Below, in pieces: positions 1 through 10,736 of a stretch of 64,000 bases of DNA. The translations under genes were made by a program, and so were the position numbers. The stretch comes from Myxococcota bacterium (GTDB lineage: Bacteria > Myxococcota > UBA727 > VGSZ01), in contig JBIKRQ010000002.1 in the NCBI GenBank assembly GCA_044349155.1, forward strand, positions 5,606 through 69,605, written 5' to 3'. A model generated the notes under the pieces. The model worked only from the letters and a program-made list of their open reading frames with translations. It was not told the origin of the DNA and ran no database searches. Every line of letters begins with the position of its first letter. The first letter of the stretch is position 1.

Positions 1-921
1 CAGCGTCGTCAGTGCTGCCGTGACCGCCACGAGCAACGCCAGCGCCGCGGCGACGTCGGCCACGTCGGGGCCAGCAACGCGCGCGGGATGAAACACCGAC
101 AACGACGTGGGCCACACCGTGAGCCGCAGGTACTCAGCGACCGCCACGATGGCTCCACCGAGGCGCTGCAGAAACGACAGCTGCGCAACAGCCGCCGTGC
201 CCGCCTGCGCCTGCGACACGATCACCGACGTGACGACGACGGGAACCACCGTTGGCCACAACTGCTTGATGAACGACCACGACGGCACGCGCTGCGTCCG
301 CCAGGCCTCAAGCAGCACCAACACCGCCGGCAGCGTGACCACCATCGACTTGCTGCACAAGCCCGCGACCAGCGCCAGCAGCAGCCCTGCATCGACGACA
401 CGGTTCGCCGCACGCGCGCGCGCAAAGCGCCACCACACGACGATCGCGAACAACGCCGACAGCACGTCTTTACGTTCGGCTACCCACACCACCGACTCGG
501 CGCGCAGTGGGTGCACCGCAAACAGCAGGGTCACGAGCACCGACGACACCAGGCTGGCGCCGAGGGTGTGCAGGGCCGACACGAGCAGTCCACACGCCAG
601 TGCATGCAGTGTCAGCGAGACCAGGTGATGTCCGCGCGGCTCGTCGAGAAACAAGCTCCAGTCGAGCTGGTGGCTGATCCAGGTGAGCGGCATCCAGTTG
701 GCGCCCCACACACCGGTGAGCGCCCACCGCGCGCCGTCGAGGCCGAAGCCCAGGCGCACAAATGGGTTCTTCGTCACCATCGTGCCGTCGTCAAAGAAGA
801 TGAAGCCAGCCTCAAGCGCACCGCGAAAGGCCAGCGCCACGCACACCACCACGCCCAGTGCTGCGAGCAGTGTGCGTGCCCCACGCGCAGGACGTTCAGC
901 AGGAGACGACGACGCAGTCAC
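1..921 (-). CDS. TMTC-like GT-C protein O-mannosyltransferase (runs off the left edge)
   Basis: Not in the ORF track (no stop in window). Manual minus-strand translation from GTG at 921 gives multi-TM protein with GFIFFDD...NPFV, NWMPLTWISHQLD, HHLVSLTLH, LFAVHPLRAESVVWVAERKDVL and SKSMVVTLP, motifs typical of bacterial TMTC-like proteins. Confidence 0.85.
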   Translation of the reverse strand, partial: MTASSSPAERPARGARTLLAALGVVVCVALAFRGALEAGFIFFDDGTMVTKNPFVRLGFGLDGARWALTGVWGANWMPLTWISHQLDWSLFLDEPRGHHLVSLTLHALACGLLVSALHTLGASLVSSVLVTLLFAVHPLRAESVVWVAERKDVLSALFAIVVWWRFARARAANRVVDAGLLLALVAGLCSKSMVVTLPAVLVLLEAWRTQRVPSWSFIKQLWPTVVPVVVTSVIVSQAQAGTAAVAQLSFLQRLGGAIVAVAEYLRLTVWPTSLSVFHPARVAGPDVADVAAALALLVAVTAALTTL

Positions 922-1013
922 GCTGCGACTATACGTGCCGCGGTGGCGCTGTCGCGGCGTCATCGCCAACCAGTCCCGAACACGCCGGTCGGGCTGCTAC
1001 GGTGCTGCTGTCT

Positions 1014-2636
1014 ATGCGCACCAGCACACCCACCGCCGACGTTGGCGAACCGCGTCACGTCCGCGGCGATCGCCTCATGCAGGCTGCCGTTGTCGTCGTG
1101 GCGGTGGTCGTCCTCTTCGCGGCCATCGCGGTGCGACTGCGCCTCGCCGGGATTCCCCTCGAACGCGACGAGGGCGAGTACGCCTACATCGCGCAACGAC
1201 TGCTGGTGGGCGAAGCACCGTTCGTTGGCAGCTACACCATGAAGTTCCCGGGCGTGGCGCTGCTCGACGCCGTGGTCTTTGCCCTCGTTGGCCACAGTGC
1301 CGTCGCTGTGCGTCTGGGATTGTTGGTCGTGAACGTCGTCGCCGTCGCTGGCACCGCGCACTTTGTTCGTCGTGCGCTTGGTGCTGTGCCGGCCCTCGTC
1401 GCGGCGGCGGTGTGCGCGAGCGTGTTGGTGAACATGGGGGTGCAGGGATTGTTTGCGCACGCCACCCACGCCGTCGTCGCGTGTGTTGTGGTCGGCGCCA
1501 ATCTGCTGGCACACAGCCTGCGCCGACAACGGCTGGCGCTGCTGGTCGTCGCGGGTGCCGCCTTCGGTGCTGCGGTGCTGATGAAGCAACACGCGGCACT
1601 CTTCCTGCCTGGTGCGCTGCTCATGATCGGGCGCAGCGAACTCGACCGTCGGCGACAGGTGACGGGCATCGCCGTGTTCATGGCGGGTGCCGCTGTGCCG
1701 ATCGTCGTTGTGGTCGCGTGGCTCTCGCTGCATGGCGCGCTGGCGGCGTGCTGGTTTTGGACCGTGACCCAGGCGCGTGCCTACACCTCGTTGTCATCGA
1801 CGAGCAGCGGTGCGTCTCACCTGCTCAAGGCGATTCGCTACATGGCGCCCACCATGTGGAGCCTGTGGTTGCTGGCCGCTGTGGGCTTCGTCGTCGCCGT
1901 CATCGTGGGTCGTCGGCGCCACGCGGCACGCGCGTGGTGGGTGCCGATGACCACTGCGGTGGTGCTGTCGTTTTTGGCAACGTGCCCCGGGCTGTTTTTC
2001 CGTCCGCACTATTTCGTGGTGACCGCGCCAGCCCTCGCTGTGTGCGCGGCCGTCTTTGTGAACCTGTCGCTCGCGTTGTCGTCGACGCTGCGCGTGTTGG
2101 CTGCTGGCCTGACCTGTGTGGCGCTGCTCGCGCCATGGGTGGCGCAGCGCCAGCTGTTGACGGCACCCGTTTCAGCGATCGCCAACGTCGTCGACGGCGA
2201 CGGGACGTTCTCTGCGGCGGTGGCCATGGCCGCAGCACTCAAGGCCGGCCGCCTCGACGCCGACGACACCGGCACCATCGCGGTCTTCGGCTCCGAGCCT
2301 GAGCTGCTCTTTCTTGCCCAGCGCCGATCGGCGACGGGCTACCTCTACATGTACCCGTTGATGGAGCCGCACCCCCACGCCGGCGCGATGCAACAGCAGC
2401 TCATCAACGAAGTCAGCACGGCTGCGCCGCAAGACGTCGTTGTCGTCGTCACGCCGTTGTCGTGGCTGCAACGCCGCGAGTCGCCCACGCAGCTGCACAC
2501 GTGGCTCGATGCCTGGCTTGATGCGCAGTACGACCTCGTTGGCGTCATCGATCTCGACCACGTCGACCACGGTGTCGTCGAGCCGCCGCCGCAAGCACCG
2601 CAGCGCTTCATGGCGCACTACGTCCGACACCGCTGA
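1014..2636 (+). CDS. GT-C (ArnT/PMT, GT39/83-like) membrane glycosyltransferase
   Basis: PLERDEGEYAYIAQ...YTMKFPG first-loop motif, many TM helices, LMKQH and FRPHYF. Start at ATG 1014 (alternative 1077). Confidence 0.8.
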   Translation: MRTSTPTADVGEPRHVRGDRLMQAAVVVVAVVVLFAAIAVRLRLAGIPLERDEGEYAYIAQRLLVGEAPFVGSYTMKFPGVALLDAVVFALVGHSAVAVRLGLLVVNVVAVAGTAHFVRRALGAVPALVAAAVCASVLVNMGVQGLFAHATHAVVACVVVGANLLAHSLRRQRLALLVVAGAAFGAAVLMKQHAALFLPGALLMIGRSELDRRRQVTGIAVFMAGAAVPIVVVVAWLSLHGALAACWFWTVTQARAYTSLSSTSSGASHLLKAIRYMAPTMWSLWLLAAVGFVVAVIVGRRRHAARAWWVPMTTAVVLSFLATCPGLFFRPHYFVVTAPALAVCAAVFVNLSLALSSTLRVLAAGLTCVALLAPWVAQRQLLTAPVSAIANVVDGDGTFSAAVAMAAALKAGRLDADDTGTIAVFGSEPELLFLAQRRSATGYLYMYPLMEPHPHAGAMQQQLINEVSTAAPQDVVVVVTPLSWLQRRESPTQLHTWLDAWLDAQYDLVGVIDLDHVDHGVVEPPPQAPQRFMAHYVRHR

Positions 2637-2654
2637 CGACGCAGCAGCCTGCGA

Positions 2655-4118
<1,464 letters not shown>

Positions 4119-4302
4119 GGGGAGAGCCAAAGCACCCGCCGTGCCAGCGCTGGTGTGCAATTTTGATCGCTGCGTGCGTGCTGGTGGCGCTGGTGTCACT
4201 CGGCGCGGGTGCGTGCTTGAGGTCGCACCTGGCGAACTCCACGCTGCGCGACACGAAAACGTGCGTCGTGGTGCGTGCCCGACCCTGATATGGGCTCGCC
4301 CC

Positions 4303-6219
4303 ATGCGCGTTGCTTCTCTTGTGTTGCTCTCGTCGTGTCTGTTGCTGAGCCTCGGCTGCGCGCAGAAGCCCGACGATTCGTCGTCGTCGTCGTCTTCCTC
4401 GTCAGCGAAGGACAAGCCGACACCTGCCGACAGCAAGCGCGCCGACAGCGCGGCCGACGAAGAAGAGGGCGGCGGCGAAACCACCCGTGTCGACCCCAGC
4501 GATGCCTTTGTTCCCCTGGCGCGCAAAGCCGGCCTGGTGCTTGAGCCTGCAGCGCAAGAGGCACTGCTCGCCGCCGCGCGCGCGGGGTGTGATGGCAAGG
4601 CCGAGCCGTCGACGTCGACGACACTGCCCGCCGACCACGCGGCCATGATCGCCGTGCTCTACACCAAAGATGGCAAGCGCGACGCCGACGTCCACGTCGA
4701 CGCTGGCCCGTTGCTCGCGACCGCCCACGCTGCGGGCGAGAAGGTCTGCAAGAGCGGCAACAAGAGCGGCTTTTTGCACCTCCTCGTCGTCACCGAGCAA
4801 GCGAAGCTCATCAACTTCGGGGTCAAGGGCCTGTTCGACAACAAGGTGTTCGAGCCCCAGGTCACCGGTGCGGTCGTGCAACTCGGCAGCAAGCGCTTCG
4901 AGATGGATCCCCTCGAGCAGCTCGAGAAGAACATGGGCAGCATGGACCTGCGTCAGGCCATGGCGCGTGGTGTGGGCATCGACCTTGGTCAGCTCAACAA
5001 CCGCGTCGACCTGCACTTCGAGGTGTACCGCACGGCCCACGTCGGCGAGCGCTTCCCCGACAAAAAGCCCGAGCGCTTTTTCCGCGGTCACAAGGTCTTC
5101 ACCGTCGACGATCTCAACCACGACGTGATCGAGCAGCGCTTGAAGTTGATCGGCGACTGGTACCGCCACAACGTCATCGACGGCGAAGTGACCTACCAGT
5201 ACTCGCCCGTGCGTCGGCAGTTTCAGAACAACGAGCGCACCATGATCCGCTCGACGATGTCGACGTGGGTGCTCAACCGCCTGGCGGTGTACCTCGACGA
5301 CAAAGAGCTGCAGAACAAGGGCAAAGAGCTCATCGACTTCTACTTCGAGCGCTACTTCAACATGGCCGCGAGCTTGAAGGCCGGCGCCATCAAGCCGTCG
5401 ACGAAGCCCTTGCAAAACGGCAACACCGTCGAGAACCGCTGGACCGTGGCGAGCTTCATCGCCGCCGCGTGCAACGAGCGCACCGACAAGCAGAAGTACA
5501 CGACCGAGATGGACCTGCTCATGAAATGGGCCGCCACCCACCAGCGAAAAGATGGTGTGCTGTGGACGCCAAACGGCGGCGAACAGTACTTCATGCCCGG
5601 CCAGTTTTTGCTGCCAGTGACGTACTTCTATCGCGACACGAAAGACACCTTCTACAAGGATGTCTTCGATAAGGCCTTCGCGGTGTACGAGCCCACCCTC
5701 TACCAGACGATGGACTTCGGGCCGAAGTGGCATATTCCGTACGCGCCAGCGTGGTTTACGCAGCCGTTTTCCCAGATGTACCAGATCACGGGTGAGGCGA
5801 AGTACAAAGATATCATCTTCGCCATCAACGACCGCGTTGCCCTGGCGTGGGAGACCAACGCCCGTCACCAGATCTACCCGGACTACGACGGGATGTTGGC
5901 ACCGAAGGCCGGCTCGTTCGGCAACAACTCCGTCACGGCTGCCAGCCTGGAGTCGCTCACCGATGCGGCCATTGTGGCCAAGAAAGCCGGCGATGTGGCC
6001 CGTTACAACAGCTACCAGCAGGTCATCAAGCACGCCACGGCATTCCTGTTGCGTTTGCAGTGGCTGCCCGAGAATACCTACTACCTGCAAGACCGCGAGC
6101 AGGTTATCGGTAGCTTCAAGAATGACATGGTGAACAGCAAGATGTGGATGGATAGCGTGTGGCACTTGACCAGCGCGTTCATCAAGATTCAGCAAAACCG
6201 CCTGCTGGATCCGATGTAG
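4303..6219 (+). CDS. Lipoprotein with probable C-terminal (alpha/alpha)6 six-hairpin-glycosidase-like domain
   Basis: Lipobox LSLGC, Ser-rich linker, helical aromatic-rich C-terminal half (YQYSP, FLLRLQWLPEN..Y, VWHLTSAF). Fold assignment is by pattern only. Confidence 0.55.
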   Translation: MRVASLVLLSSCLLLSLGCAQKPDDSSSSSSSSSAKDKPTPADSKRADSAADEEEGGGETTRVDPSDAFVPLARKAGLVLEPAAQEALLAAARAGCDGKAEPSTSTTLPADHAAMIAVLYTKDGKRDADVHVDAGPLLATAHAAGEKVCKSGNKSGFLHLLVVTEQAKLINFGVKGLFDNKVFEPQVTGAVVQLGSKRFEMDPLEQLEKNMGSMDLRQAMARGVGIDLGQLNNRVDLHFEVYRTAHVGERFPDKKPERFFRGHKVFTVDDLNHDVIEQRLKLIGDWYRHNVIDGEVTYQYSPVRRQFQNNERTMIRSTMSTWVLNRLAVYLDDKELQNKGKELIDFYFERYFNMAASLKAGAIKPSTKPLQNGNTVENRWTVASFIAAACNERTDKQKYTTEMDLLMKWAATHQRKDGVLWTPNGGEQYFMPGQFLLPVTYFYRDTKDTFYKDVFDKAFAVYEPTLYQTMDFGPKWHIPYAPAWFTQPFSQMYQITGEAKYKDIIFAINDRVALAWETNARHQIYPDYDGMLAPKAGSFGNNSVTAASLESLTDAAIVAKKAGDVARYNSYQQVIKHATAFLLRLQWLPENTYYLQDREQVIGSFKNDMVNSKMWMDSVWHLTSAFIKIQQNRLLDPM

Positions 6220-6237
6220 TTGTCATCTGAAACAAGA

Positions 6238-6276
6238 ACCTCACCCCAGCCCCTCTCCTGGAAGGAGAGGGGAGCC
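6238..6276 (+). repeat. REP-like palindromic repeat, left copy
   Basis: acctcaccccagCCCCTCTCCTggaAGGAGAGGGGagcc, containing a 10-bp stem. Confidence 0.85.
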
Positions 6277-6301
6277 CGCCACACGTTCGGAGCGTGCAGA
6301 G

Positions 6302-6772
6302 ATGAGCGAGCATACCGTCAACGTTCGTTGGTCCCGCGGCTCGACGACGGCAGCGGACTTTGCCGGCAAGCGCTACTCGCGCAGCCATGAGTGGCGCCTC
6401 GACAGCGGCGTCGTGCTCGCCGCTGCGGCCTCACCGAGTGTGGTGCCGCTGCAGTGGACGAACCCGATGGGCATCGACCCCGAAGAAGCGTTCGTCGCCT
6501 CGATCGCCAGCTGCCACATGCTGTGGTTCCTGGCCACCTGCTCGCAACGCGGCCACGTCGTCGACAGCTACGACGACGACCCGGTCGGCGTGCTCGCAAA
6601 GAATGCGCACGGCAAGCTCGCGATCACGTCGGTGACGCTGCGGCCGAAGGTGTCGTTCGTTGACGACGTCGACGCTGCGACCGTTGAGCAGCTGCACCAC
6701 CACGCCCACGAAGCGTGCTTCATCGCTTCGTCGGTCAACTGCACCATCGTCGTCGAGCCGCAGAGCCGCTGA
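6302..6772 (+). CDS. OsmC/Ohr-family peroxiredoxin
   Basis: YSRSHEW, DPEEAFVASIASCHMLWFL and AHEACFIASSV: both catalytic Cys present. Confidence 0.92.
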   Translation: MSEHTVNVRWSRGSTTAADFAGKRYSRSHEWRLDSGVVLAAAASPSVVPLQWTNPMGIDPEEAFVASIASCHMLWFLATCSQRGHVVDSYDDDPVGVLAKNAHGKLAITSVTLRPKVSFVDDVDAATVEQLHHHAHEACFIASSVNCTIVVEPQSR

Positions 6773-6796
6773 CGAGCGGCGGGCCTCAGGCTCTCA

Positions 6797-6834
6797 GGCT
6801 CCCCTCTCCTTCAAGGAGAGGGGCTGGGTGAGGT
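6797..6834 (-). repeat. REP-like palindromic repeat, right (inverted) copy
   Basis: Reverse complement acctcacccagcccctctccttgaaggagaggggagcc differs from the left copy by one indel and one substitution. Confidence 0.85.
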
Positions 6835-6844
6835 CTCAGGTCGC

Positions 6845-9433
6845 TCAAATCCCGCCGGCGCTGATGGCGTCTTCGATCGATGGGCCGCCCGAGATGGTGG
6901 CGCGCTCGGGCTCGTGGCCGCACAGAAACGGCATGACCGCGGCGTTCGGTGAATCTTCGCTGATGCGGTTGCCGGTCTTCTCGTCGATGCGCGCGTAGCA
7001 GATGCCTTCGGGTTGGGCCCAGTCGCGCTCGACCTTGCCGCGCAGGCTGTTCTCCATGAACTCCAACCAGATCGGCAGCGACGTGCGACCGCCCTGCTCG
7101 CCCGTCGACAACGGGTACTCGTAGGTGTCGTAGCCGACCCACACCGTGGTCACGAGCGAGGGCGTGTAGCCCGCAAACCACGTGTCGAAGGCGTCGTTGG
7201 TGGTGCCCGTCTTGCCGGCCACCGGGCGACCCATCGACGCAGCACGGGCCGCTGTACCGCGCGTGGCGACCTGCGTGAGCAGCCAGTGGGCGAGGTAGGC
7301 CTGATCGGCGCGAATCAAGCGCTTCGGTTTCTCCTCGAGGAAGCGGTAGAGGGCCGACAACTTCTGCGGGTGCGTCTGCCACGGGTCGTTGGGGCTGGCG
7401 TGTTGCTCGAGCACCTTGCCGTCGCGGTTGACGACGCGCTTGATGAACACCGGCTCGGGGCGCAGGCCCATGCGCGCAAACGTTGTGTACACCGAGGTGA
7501 GCTCCCATGGCGTCACGCACGAGCTGCCAAGGGCGGTGCCGAGTTCTTCTTTCAGCTCGGTCTTAATGCCAAGGTGGTGGGCCCACTCGACGACGTTCTT
7601 TGTGCCCACGCGCTCCATCGTGTGAAGGGCAGGCATGTTCATCGAATTGGTAATCGCTTCGCGGCAGGTGACCTCGCCCTTGAAGCCGCTTTCGAAGTTC
7701 TGCGGCTTCCACGATTTGCCGATGGCGTCGTCGCGCAGGGTGATGGGCGTGTCGAGGATCATCGTGCCGGGGCTGAAGTCTTCGCGCACGATCGCCGCCG
7801 AGTACACGATCGGCTTGAACGCCGAGCCCGGCTGACGGCACGACTGAAACGCGCGGTTGAACTCGCTGTCTTCAAAGCTGTAGCCGCCGATCATGGCCTC
7901 GACGTAGCCCGTGGCGGGGTTCATCGCGATCAACGCCGACTGCACGCGCGGCATCTGGTCGAGGGTGAACACTGGCGATGTGGCGCTGATGTCTTCTTCG
8001 TCGGGCAACTTCTGCACGGCTTCGGCAGGGCCCATCGCGGCGTCGACAAACGCCTTCTTGCTGAAGTATGGGGCCGCCATGACGACGTCGCCAGCCTTGA
8101 GCACGTCCTTCACACTGCTGACCTTGCGGCCCTCCCAGCCCTGACCGGGATTCGGTTTGCGGGCCCAACGCATGCCCGCGAGGGGCAACTTGCCCACGAG
8201 CTTGCTGCCTGCTTTCACCACGGCCCACTGGTGCTCGGTGTCAACACTCTCGACGAGGACGAGCACGGTGTCGCCTTCAACGAGCGGCCCCGCACCCTTG
8301 TTGGGGATGTACGTGTCGTCGATGACCTTGAGTGCGGCGTCGCGCTTCTTTTGATCCTTCAACAGCTCGCCGTCGATCACGGGGCCAAGCCAGCCCTGAC
8401 GTTTGTCGGTGCGGCGCACGCCGTTGATGAGCGCTGTTTCGGCGTGGTTCTGGCGCTCGAGATCGAGGGTGGTCCACACCGTCAGGCCGCCCGTGAGCAG
8501 GGCCTTGAGGCCGTAGGTGTCGACGAGGTAGCGGCGCACGTGCTCGGTGAAGTAGGGGGCGGTGTCGAGGAAGCGGTCGTCGCGCGGGTGCACGGTTTTT
8601 TCCACCGACAACGCGAGTGCTTCTTTGCGTTCACCGTCGGTGACGTAGCCGTCTTCGACCATGCGCTTGAGCACGTACTCCTGACGCGCGCGGGCCGCGG
8701 TGGGCTTCACGATCGGCGAGAACTTCGACGGCGCCTGGGGCAAACCCGCGAGCACGCTGAGCTCGGCGAGGTTCAGCTCGTCGACGTTCTTTTTGTAGTA
8801 GTTCTCGGCGGCGGCCTGCACGCCGTAGGCACCGTGGCCCAGGTACACCTGGTTCAGGTACAGCCACATGATCTCTTCTTTGTTGAGGCTGTCCTCGAGC
8901 CGGCTGGCGAGGATGGCCTCACGGATTTTGCGCTTGATGCTGCGCTCGGTGGCCGCGGTGAAGCCCTCCGACGACACGAGCAGGCTCTTGGCGAGCTGTT
9001 GTGTGATGGTGGAAGCACCGCGCAGCTTTTTGGTTTGCCCTGTCACGCGCTGAAACACGGCGTTGGCCATGCCGACGTAGTCGATGCCGTGGTGGTCGAA
9101 GAACTTCTTGTCCTCGGCGGCGATGAAGGCCTGCACGAGGCGCTTGGGGATCTGCTCGTAGGGAACAACGATGCGGCGCTCTTCGTAGAACTCGCCGATC
9201 AAGCGGCCGTCGACGGAGAAGACCTTGCTCGCGAGCTTGGGCTTGTACTGGCTGACGTCGTCGAACTCGGGCAGGCCCTTGGCGTACATGGCAAACAAGC
9301 CCGCCACACCAGCAGCACCTGCGAAGCCGCCCACGACGACCACAAACAGGCCCAGACGCACAAGGCGCCCCACCAGCGACGTCTGCCGCGTGCCCGAGAA
9401 AACCGCCTCGCCTTCAACCTGTTCTGTGGACAT
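6845..9433 (-). CDS. mrcA: Penicillin-binding protein 1A (transglycosylase + transpeptidase)
   Basis: N-terminal TM; EDKKFFDHHG, GASTITQQLAK, RKIRE; transpeptidase SxxK (GSAFKP), SxN (SMN) and KTG motifs. Confidence 0.95.
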   Translation of the reverse strand: MSTEQVEGEAVFSGTRQTSLVGRLVRLGLFVVVVGGFAGAAGVAGLFAMYAKGLPEFDDVSQYKPKLASKVFSVDGRLIGEFYEERRIVVPYEQIPKRLVQAFIAAEDKKFFDHHGIDYVGMANAVFQRVTGQTKKLRGASTITQQLAKSLLVSSEGFTAATERSIKRKIREAILASRLEDSLNKEEIMWLYLNQVYLGHGAYGVQAAAENYYKKNVDELNLAELSVLAGLPQAPSKFSPIVKPTAARARQEYVLKRMVEDGYVTDGERKEALALSVEKTVHPRDDRFLDTAPYFTEHVRRYLVDTYGLKALLTGGLTVWTTLDLERQNHAETALINGVRRTDKRQGWLGPVIDGELLKDQKKRDAALKVIDDTYIPNKGAGPLVEGDTVLVLVESVDTEHQWAVVKAGSKLVGKLPLAGMRWARKPNPGQGWEGRKVSSVKDVLKAGDVVMAAPYFSKKAFVDAAMGPAEAVQKLPDEEDISATSPVFTLDQMPRVQSALIAMNPATGYVEAMIGGYSFEDSEFNRAFQSCRQPGSAFKPIVYSAAIVREDFSPGTMILDTPITLRDDAIGKSWKPQNFESGFKGEVTCREAITNSMNMPALHTMERVGTKNVVEWAHHLGIKTELKEELGTALGSSCVTPWELTSVYTTFARMGLRPEPVFIKRVVNRDGKVLEQHASPNDPWQTHPQKLSALYRFLEEKPKRLIRADQAYLAHWLLTQVATRGTAARAASMGRPVAGKTGTTNDAFDTWFAGYTPSLVTTVWVGYDTYEYPLSTGEQGGRTSLPIWLEFMENSLRGKVERDWAQPEGICYARIDEKTGNRISEDSPNAAVMPFLCGHEPERATISGGPSIEDAISAGGI

Positions 9434-9554
9434 CCCAAGCACATAGGGTCGCCGATGGGGCCACACAAGAAAGGTTGCCAGCACCGTGACGCGGCCAGTG
9501 ACGACGTCGCGAGAACCATGTGGGTATTTGTCGCACCATCTCTTGACAGATTTG

Positions 9555-10727
9555 TCAGCGACCTCGCTGCAGCGCAAACGCACACACGGCCAGCACGAGC
9601 ATCACGGTGGCCATCGGCACTGCCGTGCCGTCGTGCAGGGCGCTCACGGCGAAAGCGGCCGCTGCGGCGATCGCAAACTGCACGGCCCCCAACACCGCCG
9701 ACGCGAGCCCCGCTTGCGCCGCCTGTCCCTCGAGGGCCAAGGCCGACGTGTTGGGCGTGAACAAGCCCAGGCAGGCGATGCAGCACCACAAGCTTGCCGC
9801 GATCGCCCACAGTGCCCACGACGTGGTCAGCGTGCAGGCCACCATCACGAGCAGTGCGGCCGCGACGAAGGCGACCGCCGACTTCGACACCACGTCGCGA
9901 GGCGAGCGCGTTTGCAGCAGACGACGGTTGAGTTGTGATGCGCCGATCAAACCCGCGGCGTTGGCCCCGAAGAAGAAGCCGTAGTCGTCGGCGGCCACAC
10001 CATGCAGCTCGATGAGCACGAACGGCGAGCCCGCGATGTACGCGAACATCGCCGCTGAAGCACACCCACCAGCGAGCACGAAGCGCAGGAACTGCCGGTC
10101 GGCCAACAGCGCACGCCACGGGTGTGTTGAACGCTGCGGTGTCGTCGTGGCGGGCACCACCACCAGGGTCGCGACGATCAACGCCACGCCAAACACCGCG
10201 AGCACGACGAAGATGCTGCGCCAGCCCCACGTCGTCGACAGCCAGCCGCCCAACAGCGGCGCCACGATCGGTGCCACGCCCATCACCAACATCAAGCGCG
10301 AGAACAACCGCGCCGCCGCAGCACCACTGGCCACATCGCGCACGATCGCCCGTGGCACGACGACGGCGAACGCCCCGCCCAGCGCTTGCACCACGCGCCC
10401 AACGGTGAGCACCAGCACGCTCGGCGCCACCGCACACAGGAGACTTCCCACGACGTAGACGACGAGGCCGACCAGCAACGGCGTGCGTCGTCCGAAGCGG
10501 TCGGTGAGCGGACCTGCGGCGAGTTGAGCGCTGGCAAAGCCGACGAAGAACGCGGCGAGCGTGAGCTGCACGGCCGCTGTCGTCGACGACAACGACGCGC
10601 CGATCTGCACAAACGCCGGGATGTACATGTCGATGCTGAGCGGGGCGATGGCCGTGAGCGCGCCGAGCACCACCTCCAACGACAGCGGGACCGACGACGA
10701 AGCAGGCGGCGATGACGACGTGGACAT
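9555..10727 (-). CDS. Bcr/CflA-family MFS multidrug efflux transporter
   Basis: PLSIDMYIPAF, GPLTDRFGRR, APIVAPLLGG; about 12 TM helices. Confidence 0.92.
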   Translation of the reverse strand: MSTSSSPPASSSVPLSLEVVLGALTAIAPLSIDMYIPAFVQIGASLSSTTAAVQLTLAAFFVGFASAQLAAGPLTDRFGRRTPLLVGLVVYVVGSLLCAVAPSVLVLTVGRVVQALGGAFAVVVPRAIVRDVASGAAAARLFSRLMLVMGVAPIVAPLLGGWLSTTWGWRSIFVVLAVFGVALIVATLVVVPATTTPQRSTHPWRALLADRQFLRFVLAGGCASAAMFAYIAGSPFVLIELHGVAADDYGFFFGANAAGLIGASQLNRRLLQTRSPRDVVSKSAVAFVAAALLVMVACTLTTSWALWAIAASLWCCIACLGLFTPNTSALALEGQAAQAGLASAVLGAVQFAIAAAAAFAVSALHDGTAVPMATVMLVLAVCAFALQRGR

Positions 10728-10736
10728 CGTCGGGGT

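Noticed and set aside
88-1242. 384-aa His/Arg/Gln-rich ORF
   Set aside because: Antisense of the TMTC-like gene.
7013-9760. 915-aa plus-strand ORF (likewise 11717-13936, 14526-17393, 4402-6195, 56308-58212)
   Set aside because: Shadow ORFs opposite motif-supported genes, expected in high-GC DNA.
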